A stretch of DNA of 63,859 bases, taken from assembly GCF_032062105.1 (NCBI RefSeq), contig NW_026930674.1, positions 372,001 to 435,859 of the forward strand, written 5' to 3'. Both the position numbers and the translations under genes were made by a program. Under the pieces are notes generated by a model. The model ran no database searches, had not been told where the DNA came from, and saw nothing but the letters and a program-made list of their open reading frames with translations. Positions 11,261 through 24,332 of the stretch are shown here, in pieces. The DNA comes from Saccostrea cucullata. Taxonomy: Eukaryota. Positions within the stretch are counted from its first letter, which is position 1, and each line of letters begins with the position of its first letter.

Positions 11261-13626
11261 CTCTAACACCTGGAGAGTGTTCGAGTCTGACGTAACATGT
11301 ACAACCAAATTCGAACACGTTTCAATAAAAGAAACCACAATACAGTAGAAGCTAAGTAATTAAATTAGCTATATCAGATCATCTCGTATACGATGTAACT
11401 GAATAGTGTTAAGTTACTATACAAATGAGAAGAGAGAATTTCTCTAATCATTTTTATCGCGTATTTCGCTGTCCTTGGGAAATCAAGACACGATTTTCAA
11501 TTTAACACAAAAACTATCTTAGAGATTTAATTTTTGTCTGGTGCCTACGGCATTGAAACCATTGAAACATTTTAATTCCTTAAATTATCAATTCAATATA
11601 TGCTTGGCTGTTTTTGCCGACTTTAAACATTAAATGTTTTCGATTATGAATGGTCGCGCTTTAACGCTGACTTTTTACTACTAAAAATGGATGTTTTTAA
11701 ATATTCCTAAAAGTGATGTTTGTCCTATTTAAATACTTATCACAAAATCGCACCATTCATTGTAATTTTATTATGAAATAATACCTTTTTTCTTCATCAG
11801 ATCTGTATACATGTACATAAAAAGGCAATAAAATGGAAATCTTTTTTTTTCAATAGTTAATGGACTCTGCACCGACATATGAATTGATAGAAAGCAAAAT
11901 GTGATTTTTCTTAAAAGAATAAAAAGAAATCGTATGCATAGTGATAGAGCCTATATAGATATGCCAGTTTTTTTTCAGAGTTCTTAGTATTTCAATTCAA
12001 TCAAAATGGAGAATTACTTGTATATTATGTAAATTGTAAAGTTTGAACATATACTTTTACCGGTATATAGAAATTTAAAATTCGATAAATTATAGATTTT
12101 ACATACTTTCAATGTATTTATTTTTAATTTTTTTTTATTAGAAACATAACAACAAAAAAATAAATAAATAAAATTGTACATTTATTACATTATTTCTGAG
12201 ACCGAAGTAAGTAAAAAGTAAAAATTACCTCAAAATGAAAATACACGACGGATCAATTCACCCTGCCATCCATTTTCACGTCCTTCTCTTCAGATTTCGA
12301 AGCGAAAATCTGTACAAATATAGAAGTTTTTAACTCTTAAAAAAATTGAACAATTTCCTGTATATTTGACTTTAAGAGCACAGTCGATGAATTCAAGTGT
12401 GAAACCGGATCAAACACAGAAACTTATGATGGTTCTTAAAATATTTTGGCCTTTTCAAGTGGCTTTATACCTATTCCAATCTTGGTTTCCGTTAATTACG
12501 CTTATGATTTATTGCCTCCTTATATATAAGGTAAATATTCTCAAACAGTTTAGAAATAGAGAGATGGGGGTCAACGAGTTACAGGGACGAGAGCTCCTTG
12601 TAAATTCACTCCTGACCCTCGGGGGTTGTGGTTGGTTCCCTGAGAAAGCAGGTACTCCCAAACTTGTGTACCGGTGTACTGTTATGAGAGTTAGAACGTT
12701 TAATTGGGAGCCTAAGTACATTATGAACGAAACGGTTTACTGATTTAGCGACAACAAAGAATCATCAAAAACTAAAAGTTCCCAAGATATATAATTATAC
12801 CTTAGTTGATAATGAAAAACTGTATTCCAATCACCTATCCTTACAACATTTGAATACTCGTGAATGGTTAAAACTGAAAATAATTATTTAAGAAGGATTT
12901 AGTTACATAAAATTTAGAAAACGTACCTACATACCAAATCCGAACACTTGGCTTTTCATCCAAAATGTATTTATTTCCATCAATTCAAATACAATTTCTT
13001 TATACGCAATCCCTAGAAAAACTTTTATACTGCCTATCCATCGAACTAAATTTTCCTTGTAATTTTACACTTTTGTTCAGCTAGAAAAAAACCCAGATTT
13101 CCTTACAATGTCAGTAATCGGGTCCAGCTTTGGCGTTTTCTAGATTTATTCCTTTTACAAACATTGTACTTCTTTATAACATTAAGTGTGCAGAAAAGAA
13201 CTTCACACCTCAGATTCCGTGAAAAGCATACAACAACCCTTTTGAAATAAATAATTATCGTATATACTTGGGAAAGGTTGATGTTTAAATATCAATTCCG
13301 TGGAGGAGAGACTTTAGGGCCTTGCTTATTTGTATACATATACAAGTGAACTTAGTTGCTACCGCGTCTCGAATTAAAATGTTGATTTTAAAGATAAAAT
13401 CTCAGAAGACGAGTTTGTTCATGCAAGGCAGTCAATTTTTTAATTCCCTTTTAGTTGAAAGTGAATACCTGTAGAGCATGAATTTTAAGGTGCGTTAAGT
13501 AAATAAAATAAATTACAAATTAATCATTAAAGTGCGCTTTTGATGTTTATAACTGAATATAAACTGACTGTGATAAATTGACACATTCCCATTAAAAATA
13601 ATTGAAAACACACACAGTTAATCTGT

Positions 13627-13660
13627 ACCCCCCCCCCCCCCCCACACACACACACACACA
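13627..13660. repeat. poly-C plus (CA)n microsatellite
   Basis: Seen directly in the sequence. Confidence 0.9.
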
Positions 13661-15731
13661 ATTTCTGTCACCACATTTGGTGTATGCCCACCAATGTACT
13701 CTGTTGAAGGCACAGTGTCCTCTATACTTGATTATAAGGTGTGTCACTGACAAGTCATTTGGCAGATTCTGAATATTTTAATTTCTTATGATAATTATTC
13801 ATTTTTGAACAACGCTACAAAGATAAGATGAATGTTTTTGATTTTTATTAAACAAAAACTATAAATAATACTTACATAATTGATTAAAAATTACTCCTTT
13901 TTGACACACAACCATGGTATAAATCCCTCACATTAATTTTATTTTTTACACCTAACTTCCTCTCACTAAGGTATCATGTCGATTTAATGACAGATCTATG
14001 TGCTAATGTTAACGGAGAACTTTTACCCGTGAGTCAGTCGACAGGTGCCCGTGGGGGACGGTCACAGCGTAATATGACGTATGTCTGCATACCCACAAAC
14101 TAAAACCTAGGATTAACTTATTATTCGCGGTTATCGCAATATTTCATCTCCTTCATTCAATACACATAACACGGCATGTTTTAATAACTGACATCGGATA
14201 GCCTTGATTAAACATGCAATGTTGGTGGTAGCTGTGACGCTAATACACGTGCAAATGTCAACACTGATCAATCGTGCCATATAAAACGTGGGCATTACTC
14301 TGTGGTTTTAATTTTACAAAAAATGTCGTTCACATTTTGTTTTCAGATGAATTAATTTCCTTTGCAGTTAGACTAAGTGGAAAAATTGTCTCACTATCTA
14401 AATTGAATAACCGTTCTGCAACTTACATGTAGTATCGGGGACTATTCTTTTTCCTTACATAAGGTCTCTTTGAGTAATGTACATCTACTTTTAATCATAA
14501 AAAAAACTTTTAAAATACAACCAGAATGAAATCAACGTAAATGATTTATTTTAATGACAAATGCATTTAATTTGGAATGATGCAAAATTTGTACATAAAT
14601 TCAGAAACACAAAGAAAAAACAAATACAATGTAACAAAATGAAATACTGAAGACACAGCTATTGGTTATTCAATAAAGCCCCCCTTCCTTTTTTTAACAT
14701 TAACAGTCCCTCTAGTTATGTAGCGAACATATATTAATATTACTATATGTACGTGGTGGGATATATTCAGAGGTTAAAGCTGTAATTATACAAAGGTAAA
14801 GAGAAAGCTGATAACTGGTTAATACATAATGTAAACATGCCTTCAGATAGACATGTGCTTAAAAATATATGAAGTTTTATATACATGCATAAAGAACCTC
14901 TTATTTACAAAGATTTACTGTCAAAACTACTTTCAGAACTTCATATCCTAGTTTATTCCTCTATCATATCATCCTCTGTTATAACAAACTTTTGTGTTAA
15001 AATAAGCTATAGACAATTTCCTGTTCATATAAAATCTTTATACTCACTGGGAGTGAATACTTATCGATACAGTACTCTTTTGTGTCCCCACCCATATACA
15101 GACATGACAATATAAATTCAACACACTGTTACACACACTGTTAAATAACATACAACAATAACACAGGTAGTCCATATCTAGCACACAAATAATAAAGTCT
15201 CCTAGCTGCAATTATTGAATCTTTTTTTTACACATCTGCATGTTTGTAACATATCTCATTAGCCTACAAGTAGAATCATTTAAAAGCAATTTATTACTGC
15301 ATCTATAAGGCATTATGCTGTAAAATAGGAACATGCTCTTATACTGGGTATTAACAATGCATGTAAAATGTAAATGTTCAGTAAACAAAAAAATGGATAG
15401 AGATTTACAGACTGCAATAATTTTTACCGGTGTATGAATTCCCTTCAGCAGAAGTATTAAAATACGGGACAACATTTTAAATGAGATTTATGAATTTCAG
15501 GAAGATGTGAAGATCAAGTTTAACAGACGAAAAGGAGTTCAGTCCAGTTGAATTTTGTAAAAATAAACATGTATTTTCAATGCTAATGAATAAAAGCTCA
15601 AATCGGTTACAGTAAAATGGATATTTCATTGCACTTTTTTGTTCCTTATAAAATACAAGATATAAATTGGCACAGAATTTACTGGTTGTGTTTGACAAGT
15701 ATCCAATATTCTGATCAACAGAGGTCAAAGG

Positions 15732-17132
15732 TCACTTCCTGAGAATGTTCCTCATTTGTTTATTCTGGCCCTCCAGAAGGGTGTTGGCTTTGTCCACTTT
15801 AGGCCCCATACGATCCAGCTGGGAGTTCTGACGCTCTATTTCATCACCGAGTCCCAGTGCTAGACCTTTTAATGCTGTCAAACCATCGGAGATCTGACCT
15901 GAAATCAAGGACAAAATTATAGTATCTACAATTTATTATTATATTTTATTATGCAAAACTAAATATTGTTATACAGTAACAGACTTCAATATAAAGAATT
16001 TTTAATAATTTCTTTGTAGTATTATATGGCCAAATAAAAGTTTTAACGAGGTATAATCATCATTGTCACTGTTTACTTAGTACATGTTAGATGATGAATT
16101 ATCAAAAAAAAAAAAATTTTCTTTTACAATTTATAAAGAATTTAAAAAAATCATAATCCTGTACCCAAGTTTTCATTAACTTGTTCCTCCCTTGCACTGT
16201 GAGTAACAGGTTTGATGTACTGTGTCCTTGCCCCTTTCATAAAATCCTCATCCAAATCATTATCCTCCTCATAAAACCCCCGACAGTCCTGGGCCTTGTG
16301 CTTTTCTACAGTTTCCTGTAAACGACTTGGCTTTGCCTCTGGAACACTGGATTCAGCTGGTTTCTTTTTGGAAGTCCACCAGTTTTTCACCCCACCAAAC
16401 ACACTTTTTATGGAATTTAAATGTTTCTGTGTGACAGTCATTGTTTCATTTATTTCATCTGTTTTTCTTTCAATGTTGTCTAATTGCTCTCCCTGTCTTA
16501 GAAGTTCCTAAAAATATCAATAAAGCTATATAAACATAATATATGTACCGTAGTCAGTCAGTGTTTGAAACTCACAATGAAACCAGCTACAAAATAGAGA
16601 CATAAAGGGATGACTGCAACTGTGTGCTACTGTAAGATGTCATCCTGCCAAAAATCTTTCTAGTCAGTAAAAATAATTGTGTTTTCTATAGAATAGAACA
16701 GAATAGAGTTTATTTTCCAATCATGGTCCCACTGGGGGCATAACACAGATACATGTATAAGCATAATTTGTAACATTCAACTAGGAGAAGAAATTTGTCA
16801 ATTTGATTTTAGTAATATAAATATGAATGGGACCAGTCACAATGATAACTTTGATACTGAATCTAAAGGCTGACAAATTCTACCCCTTAAAATTTGCTCA
16901 TTAAACTTTGCAGCTGTGAACACTTATTCTAGTAACAGCCAATTTGAGAGAGAATATCAAAATGCAATATGAATTTTAATTTCTGGAAAATTTTAAAGTC
17001 AAACCAAGTGTCAATATATGCAGAATCTGTTCAACAGTGACAAACTTAATGCATCTTTGGTGTCAGTTGCATTAAAAAAAACCACCACATCTAATGCTTT
17101 CATCATTCAGATTAAATATCTGTTCTCATTTT

Positions 17133-17171
<39 letters not shown>

Positions 17172-18426
17172 GCTTTGACCATTCTGTTCTTTACCAGATT
17201 TCCTCCTTGTAATACATAATGCATCCCCACCCTACCCCACTGATCATAATTTAGACATTTTGAAATCTACACTACCCCAGGATCCTTCCATGTGCACATA
17301 AGTTTCAACTTTTCTGGCACAGTGGTTCTTAAGAAGATTTTCAAAGATTTTTTCTATATATTTCTATGTAAAACTTTGATTCCCCATTGTGGCCCCTCCC
17401 TTCCCCCAGAGGTCATGATTTGAACAATTTAAAATCTACACTACCCCAGGATGCTTCCACATAAGTTTCAGCTTTTCTGGCCCAGTGGTTCTTGAGAAGA
17501 TTTTCAAAGATTTTTCCTATATATTCCTATGTAAGACTGATTCCCCATTGTGGCCCTGCCCTTCCCCCGGGGGTCATGATTTGAACAATTTAGAATCTAC
17601 ACTACCCCAGGATGCTTCCACATAAGTTTTAGCATTTCTGGCCCAGTGGTTCTTGAGAAGAAGATTTTCAAAGATTTTTCCTATATATTTCTATGTAAAA
17701 CTTTCCCCTTGTGGCCCCGAAATCCCCTGGGGGTTTGATTTGAACAATATAGAATATACATACCCCAGGATGCTTCCACATAAGTTTCAGCTTTATCTGG
17801 CCCAGTATCTTGAGAAGAAGATTTTCAAAGATTTTTCCTATATATTCCTATGTAAAACTTTGATTCCCCAAATAGGGGTCATGATTTGAACAAAAATCTA
17901 CACTAACCCAGGATGCTTTATAATTTCAGCTTTTCTGGCCCAGTGGTTCTTGAGGAGAAGATTTTTAAAGATTTGTTCTATATATTCCTATGTAAAACTT
18001 TGATTCCCCATTGTGGCCCTGCCCTTCCCCCCGGGGTCATGATTTGAACAATTAAGAATCCACACTATACCAGGATGCTTCCATATAAGTTTTAGATTTT
18101 CTGGCCCAGTGGTTCTTGAGAAGAAGATTTTTTTAAAGATTTTTCCTACCCCGGTATATATTTCTATGTAAAACTTTGATTCCCCATTGTGGCCCCGCCC
18201 TTCCCCCGGGGTCATGATTTGAACAATTTAGATTCTACACTATACCAGGATGCTTCCATATAAGTTTGTTCTGGCCCAGTGGTTCTTGAGAAGAAGATTT
18301 TTTAATGACCCCACCCTATTTTTGTATTATATATATATCTCCCCTTGTGAGGGGACTTGGCCCTTTATTTTAAGAATTTAAATTCCCCTTCACCCAAGGA
18401 TGCTTTGTACCAAGTTTGGTCAAAAC

Positions 18427-18459
<33 letters not shown>

Positions 18460-19287
18460 GTGAAAAGTTTAAGAACAGACCGACGGACGACGGACAAAAT
18501 GTGATCAGAAAAGCTCACTTGAGCCTTCAGCTCAGGTGAGCTAAAAAGGAATTTGTTGTGTGTTTGCAATGTAGTAAGATAAAAAGGATCACTAGAAGTA
18601 TCTTCAACAAGAGTCGCCTGATCTACCTGTTCGCAGGAGTCCGTTCGAGCAGATTCTGTTCGCCCGAAAATATTGTTCGCCCAATATCTTGTTTGCCCTA
18701 TATCTGGTTTGCCTAATACTTATATACACTTGTATATATATATTATATGAGTAAAATATTTTTAAAAACAGACCCTGTGCAAACAAGTTTTAGGGCAAGC
18801 GTACTCTGGATGAACAGGAACTAGGGCGAACAGGGTCATTGGCGAACAAATTTGAGGGCGAACGAACATACAACCAATCAGGAGAAGGAGCCTTTTTTAC
18901 TTTACTGACAAAAAACGGAAGAATGAGCCTTTATTGAGTATGGATCAGTATATTAATACAAATTTTGGCATTAAACAAGAAGATCTTTTGATCCTTTGAT
19001 GCCACTTTTTTGTTTTTTTGTTTTTTTTCTTACTTTTTGACAACTCCATCCCCACCAAATCAAAATACAATGACTCTTCTTGTTCAATTTTTACTTACTT
19101 CTGCTGTAGCCACCCCCATTCGTTCGGAATCTTGAATACTTTGCATTATTCTCCTGGTAGAATCGATCTGTCTATCCTCAGAAGCAGATATCTGTTCCTG
19201 AATCTTTCCTCCTCTGTTGGATCTCCAATCATCCTCATCATCTTCTTCCGTTAAAAATGGGTTCGAATTTTTGGGATAACCTGCCAT
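15732..19287 (-). CDS. SNAP29: Synaptosomal-associated protein 29 (Qbc-SNARE)
   Basis: Exons 19287-19099, 16507-16165 and 15898-15732. N-terminal NPF plus acidic stretch, SNARE motif 1 (SERMGVATAEELLRQGEQL..QKHLNSIKSVFGG) and SNARE motif 2 (LKGLALGLGDEIERQNSQLDR). Confidence 0.95.
17134..18546 (+). mobile_element. Helentron/HINE element carrying a tandem array of the ~165-bp satellite
   Basis: 5' end aacaagaggcccatgggccacatcgctcacctga, about 6-7 tandem units containing ggcccagtggttcttgagaagaagattt, a GACG microsatellite, and a 3' hairpin gagccttcagctcaggtgagctaa. Confidence 0.88.
18605..18876. mobile_element. MITE with repeated ttcgccc / gggcgaa subterminal motifs
   Basis: Multiple gttcgccc on the left arm and gggcgaac on the right arm, ending in caacc. 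Confidence 0.55.
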
Positions 19288-19700
19288 AACTGGGCTGCAG
19301 AAAACACTGCCTTCAAAGCTTTCAAATCAAACAAATATACAAGCGTCTGATGATAAAAATGAGTCACTGTCAAGTGGAAATATCGAAAAATGGAAATTGT
19401 CAAAGATAATAATAAGTTTGATCTAAGTATAGTCGAAACTTCATGATCTGTAGCAAGGAATACGTTTGATCAAACAGTCAAGTGACTTTACAATAGTTAG
19501 TTTGTACGTAGATTTCGTGAAGTAATTTATACACTTCTGATTTAAAAAACGATCAAATAATCCCTCTGATTAACATAATATGAAATGCATCTTTTGAAAA
19601 TCTTTTTCCTGGCTACAAAAACACACGTAATATAGGTGAACAGATTTATAAAACAGAATATAAAGAACGACTTAGCAAGTGTCTGACATTGAACGAAAAA
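19288..19700. promoter_or_regulatory. Bidirectional promoter region between SNAP29 and NDUFS3
   Basis: Divergent ATGs are separated by 413 bp. SNAP29 also has an acceptor-like ttctgcag just before its ATG, implying a 5' UTR intron inside this interval. Confidence 0.7.
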
Positions 19701-22700
19701 ATGGCTCTGCGATTGAGCCGATTTATTCGTCCAATTTCGCAGATTGCAAAGGGCGCAGGCAAGTAAATTCTGTGAATCATACTAAAATATTGCATTTCCC
19801 CTTTTGCAAGTAATTATTGTCATTTAATGATAAAGTTTCGACCATTATATAATAGAGAAAATTCGGTCGTGAAAGATTGATCAACAAATCAATTAATAAT
19901 ATTGAATTTATTCTATAATTTTCAGCTCACTTTAGCCCAAGCTGATCAACATCTGTCTGTTGTCTGTCTTTGTTATTGTCGCCGTCATTAGCTTTTGTAA
20001 TGAAATCAATTTCATTTTTTTTCTCCAAAAGCACTGGGCCCAATTTCACCCAAGCTTTTGAAACTTTGAGTGAAAGGGATATAATTTAATAAAATTAAAA
20101 AGAAGGATCATGCCCTCTTCCAAGGGGAGATAATAAAGGTCATTACCTTCAATTAAAAATCTTTCAAAAAACCATTTTGTGTCTATGAAAGCTTTCTGTC
20201 ATTGTTGAGTTGTTTCAAGTCTGTTCAAACTAATACTTCAAATCATGATCCCTGTTGGTAGGGACAGACCACTATGGTAATGTTACAGAGACATTTTATT
20301 GTCTCTGCTGGGTGTTGATTCCGGGGCTCTGGCTTGACAGTCCAGTGCTCTACCAATTGAGCTAAAGGGTTAACCCACTAGCCCAAGCTAGTAGAATGCC
20401 GTTTATCTAACACAACCACAGTAATAGTGAAATATATAGAAAAAAGTATTTTTAAACATTTTCAACATCATACCATATTCATGATTATTTATATGGAAGC
20501 ATTCTTTGTTCAAATTGTGATCATGAGGGGTATGATACGAGTACTATGATCAAGTTTCAAATGGTATGAGAAAAATAATCTGCTGATGAAGTACAAGAAA
20601 AGTCATAGTTCAGGTGTGCATTGTGGCTCATGGGCCTCTTGTTTTCTCAAAATGTTTCCGAAGCCTATGGTAATGAGTCATACTTTCTATAGTAATGATA
20701 TACATATTTGAATGTTGCATAACCATGATAATTTCATTATCAGTACTAAACCAAGCAAAGCCAGTACCTGCTATAGCCACACAGTGCTGGAGATTTGAAT
20801 CAACAAGCACAGAGAAAAAACGTAAGATTTTAACATTTTCCTGGAGCACCAGACATGAAAAAATTATTTAATTTTTTCAGTTGTGATTTTGATTGTTTAT
20901 TAACATTTTTTTTCAAGGAGAGAACAGATTATTTCCAATTTATGCCAGTACCCCCTTTCTGAATCAAATACAATGTAGTTGTCCCCTGAAATCAGGTGTT
21001 CTGATATGTTGTCAATAAGATACTAAGATTCCTCTCGAGTACTTTAGCCTTCGTAGCATCTTCTCATGAATAACTACTGTATTCATCATGTTGAACGCTG
21101 ATATCTATGATACCATGGATATTTGAATCCCAATCACTTTCTTCTTTATTTAAACTTAAAATCTCAAATCCTTTGATATCTCGGAAGTTATTTTTCTGGG
21201 TTCCATCGAGATAGAGATAAGAAGGTTTAACTGTGTATATTGATATTTACTGAGAGCATTTTAATACTTCAGCCACTGTGAGGGCGCCTGTGGCCCCCGA
21301 GCGTAAGAAGCAGCTGGAGGATTTTGGTCAGTATGTGGGTCAGTGTCTCTCTAAGTACGTCCAGACGGTCCGTCTGATGTCGGGGGATGAGCTGGAAATT
21401 CTGATTCACCCTGAGGGGATTGTTCCCACATTAAGTTTCCTAAAGGACCATCACAACTCACAGTTCACCAACATTGTAGATATAGCCTGTGTGGATGTAC
21501 CAACTAGAGCAAATAGATTTGAGGTAATCATATAGGGCATCAAGCTTAATGTTCTATCCTTTAGTACATGTACCTAATTTAGCACTCTTGCAGGCTTCTT
21601 TTAAAGTTTTTTAACAGTGAACTTAAGTTTTTTGTAGGTGCTTCAATATACTGTAAATCACTTTATTCCTGATAATTCTTTTAGCGTTATAACATGAGAC
21701 AGTGTGCTCACAAAAATTTGATTCTTGCATAGATTACTATTCCTCAAGTTTATATAGAGCTAAAACCACAATCCCTGAAATTTTGAACTTGCTAATATAG
21801 AGTAAATTACTATTTCATGAAAATAGGTATCTGTAAAATTTTATGATCTACAGAAAAAAAATCATAAGCTGTACTAACTTTAGTCTAGCTTTACATGTTT
21901 CATTTGATTGTTAAAAAATATCCTGAAACATACCTTCATACCATTGGTTGTTTTGTTCATTGACTGAAGTTAATGTTACATGTACATACAATTCAAAATA
22001 CTTCACATAACCTCTCTATGTACTTATAGCTATAATGCTGTTTGCTCTAGTCCTTAAAAGAGAATTTGTTAAAGAACATCTTCTTCATTAGCATTTGTCA
22101 TTTCAGATAGTATACAACTTGCTGTCAATAAAATATAATTCCCGTATTCGTGTCCTGACATACACTGATGAGCTGACTGGAATAGACAGCGCCTGCAGTG
22201 TTTTTGCAGGAGCTAACTGGTATGAGAGGGAGGTGAGTACCAGGTAGTCATGTCATGGGGGTGGTGTCACTCCCCTCCTAATCCTTTAGAAAGTGTAGGA
22301 TTTGATTTATTACATAACTTATTTCTTTTCATCACCACTGTGTGACTTCTTCAGATCTGGGACATGTTTGGAGTTTATTTCCATGATCACCCAGACCTGC
22401 GGAGAATCTTGACTGATTACGGGTTTGAGGGTCATCCATTCAGGAGAGATTTCCCTCTCACTGGCTACACTGAGGTCAGTATCAGTATTATATTAAAGAA
22501 AAATAATCAAAGAGGGCCAAACATGTACATGGGATATCAGTGTTTGAGATATCAAAGTTTAACTATGTATCTTAAAATTAGGAAACCAGGCCTATGTTAC
22601 ATTGAATAATGTTGGAAAATGTAATTATTTCTGATTAAATGTCAAACAGAACTTAATGATCATAATGATAAATCTTTTTTTTTTTTTTGATTGACTTGGA

Positions 22701-22888
22701 ATTTTGTCTTTTTTTAGCTCCGGTATGATGACGAGGTTCAGCGTGTGGTGGTTGAGCCTATAGAAATGGCCCAGGAGTTCCGCAAGTTCGAGTACAGCAC
22801 CCCCTGGGAGAGTTTCCCAAACTTTCGCCCAAAGGAGGAAGAATCAGAAACCCCAGTCCCTCAAGTGGAGTCTGGGGAGAAAAAGTGA
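19701..22888 (+). CDS. NDUFS3: NADH dehydrogenase [ubiquinone] Fe-S protein 3, mitochondrial
   Basis: Exons 19701-19758 (GC donor), 20744-20821, 21273-21523, 22107-22232, 22355-22474 and 22718-22888. Motifs [41 protein letters not shown] and [13 protein letters not shown]. Basic N-terminal mitochondrial presequence. Confidence 0.95.
19920..20645 (-). mobile_element. Degenerate HINE in NDUFS3 intron 1
   Basis: Starts tttcagctcactttagccc and ends gtggctcatgggcctcttgttt, the reverse complement of the HINE ends. Confidence 0.7.
20281..20420 (-). mobile_element. 140-bp solo LTR containing a tRNA-like sequence (Ajax-type TRIM-like)
   Basis: TGT...ACA termini with a 4-bp TSD GTAA (20277-20280 and 20421-20424). 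The minus strand reads tagctcaattggtagagcactggactgtcaagccag: A box/D arm plus an anticodon-like arm, with a degenerate B box. Confidence 0.6.
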
Positions 22889-23850
22889 TTGGACAATTTA
22901 GTTAAATTTGACATTATTATATTAAAGAGTTTGTGTAAATAAAGATGTTACAAGTAAATTTACAGTTTCTTTTTATTCACTGTTCATTTTACTATGAGTA
23001 TGTCAGTTTTGTGAAGGTAAATGCGGGTGTCTTTGCTAAGGACTTCATTTATTTTTGTGCAGTATTGAAGATATTTTGAATTTTTTTGTTGACCATCAAC
23101 ATAATAGGGAATTAATTTTTTTAATATGGACTTTGAAGGTTGCATGACAACACTATTATTATTAATGAATGTCAGTTGCAGAATGACCAAAAAATGACTA
23201 GATTACAAGTTATAACTTCAATGTTTTCTTTTCGTAGTGTGTATGACCATTCTGTGAGAGAATATTTGGATAAAAATCTGACCATAGGCGTGTCCAATGT
23301 TTACCTTTCTTAGATACACAGCTGACTCCAGCTGTTGCAACCATTCTTGAGTGTTATTTGAGGTGTTGTTTGTGACACCATAATTGGCTGAATGGCCACT
23401 GGAAGCACACCGATCCTTCAATGAATACCAACAATATACATGTACATTCATACAGATTATATAGGGACTAAATAATGGACTACCATATATTTTTATACTG
23501 GTTTAGTTTTTAATGCCCTTGAATATGGCCAGGGCATATAGAGTTTGTCATGACCCTCTTCCATCCTTCTGTTGCGTGTCCTGCCTGCCGTCTGTCCATC
23601 TGGCCCAAATAGCTATAGTTTGAATATTGTTTCAGACTTTAAAGAATCTCCCAAGTAAATTATCTAATTTTTTACTTGGCAAAATATTTTAAAATGACAT
23701 TTCATTATATAAATACATGTAAGTAATGCATGAGCATATAATGTTTACATTTAATTAATAAAGTCAATAAACAGAAGCCAAAATCTCATTATTTATTTAA
23801 AACTTAACAGGATTATTATCATAAATAAATATTCAATTGTATTGCAACAA

Positions 23851-24256
23851 CAAACTAGAGGTACTGTGAGCAATGAGCTCACTAAATGATACCCCCCGCC
23901 TCCCATAATGTCGATGTGTTGCTTTATATTGTTTTACGGTAATGTGTAAAGAGGAATAACTCGTCCCGTCAAATGTTATCCAGAACCTTCTATTACGTGA
24001 CGTCATAGGTAAACAAAAAATGGCAATGTCCATGTTTTGCTCTGGAAAACCTAAAATACGTGTCGAATAGAAAAGTGAAATAGGAGGTGCACAATGGCAA
24101 TATGTAATGAAGATTCTGTGAAAGTTTCATTCAATTTCACTCAGTAGTATAAGAGGAGTTGCGGATAAGAGATAAAGCGTAACAGACGGACGGACGGATG
24201 GACGGAAATCCCGATCACTATATACCCTCCCGCTTTTCAAGCAGGGGGTATAATAA
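23851..24256 (+). mobile_element. HINE/Helentron of a second family
   Basis: 5' end aaactagaggtactgtgagc, a GACG/GGAC microsatellite at 24184-24205, and a terminal hairpin ataccctcccgcttttcaagcagggggtat. Confidence 0.7.
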
Positions 24257-24332
24257 CATCAAAAATTAATGTTTTTGGCACATCAACATGGCATTTTAAA
24301 CCATAAACAGTCAAATGAAGTTCCTCGTAAAT

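Noticed and set aside
12366-12743. 125-aa plus-strand ORF
   Set aside because: It starts at TTG, has no domain, and overlaps the likely GPCR 5' region.
17653-18539. ORFs similar to each other here and at 57458-57724
   Set aside because: They are translations of non-coding HINE and satellite sequence.
20300-20375. Functional tRNA-Asp gene
   Set aside because: The acceptor stem and T arm/B box are degenerate, and the sequence lies inside a TSD-flanked LTR-like insert.
23218-23451. 77-aa ORF as an extra exon or gene
   Set aside because: It lies downstream of the stop codon, has no convincing acceptor and no recognisable homology. Probably 3' UTR.
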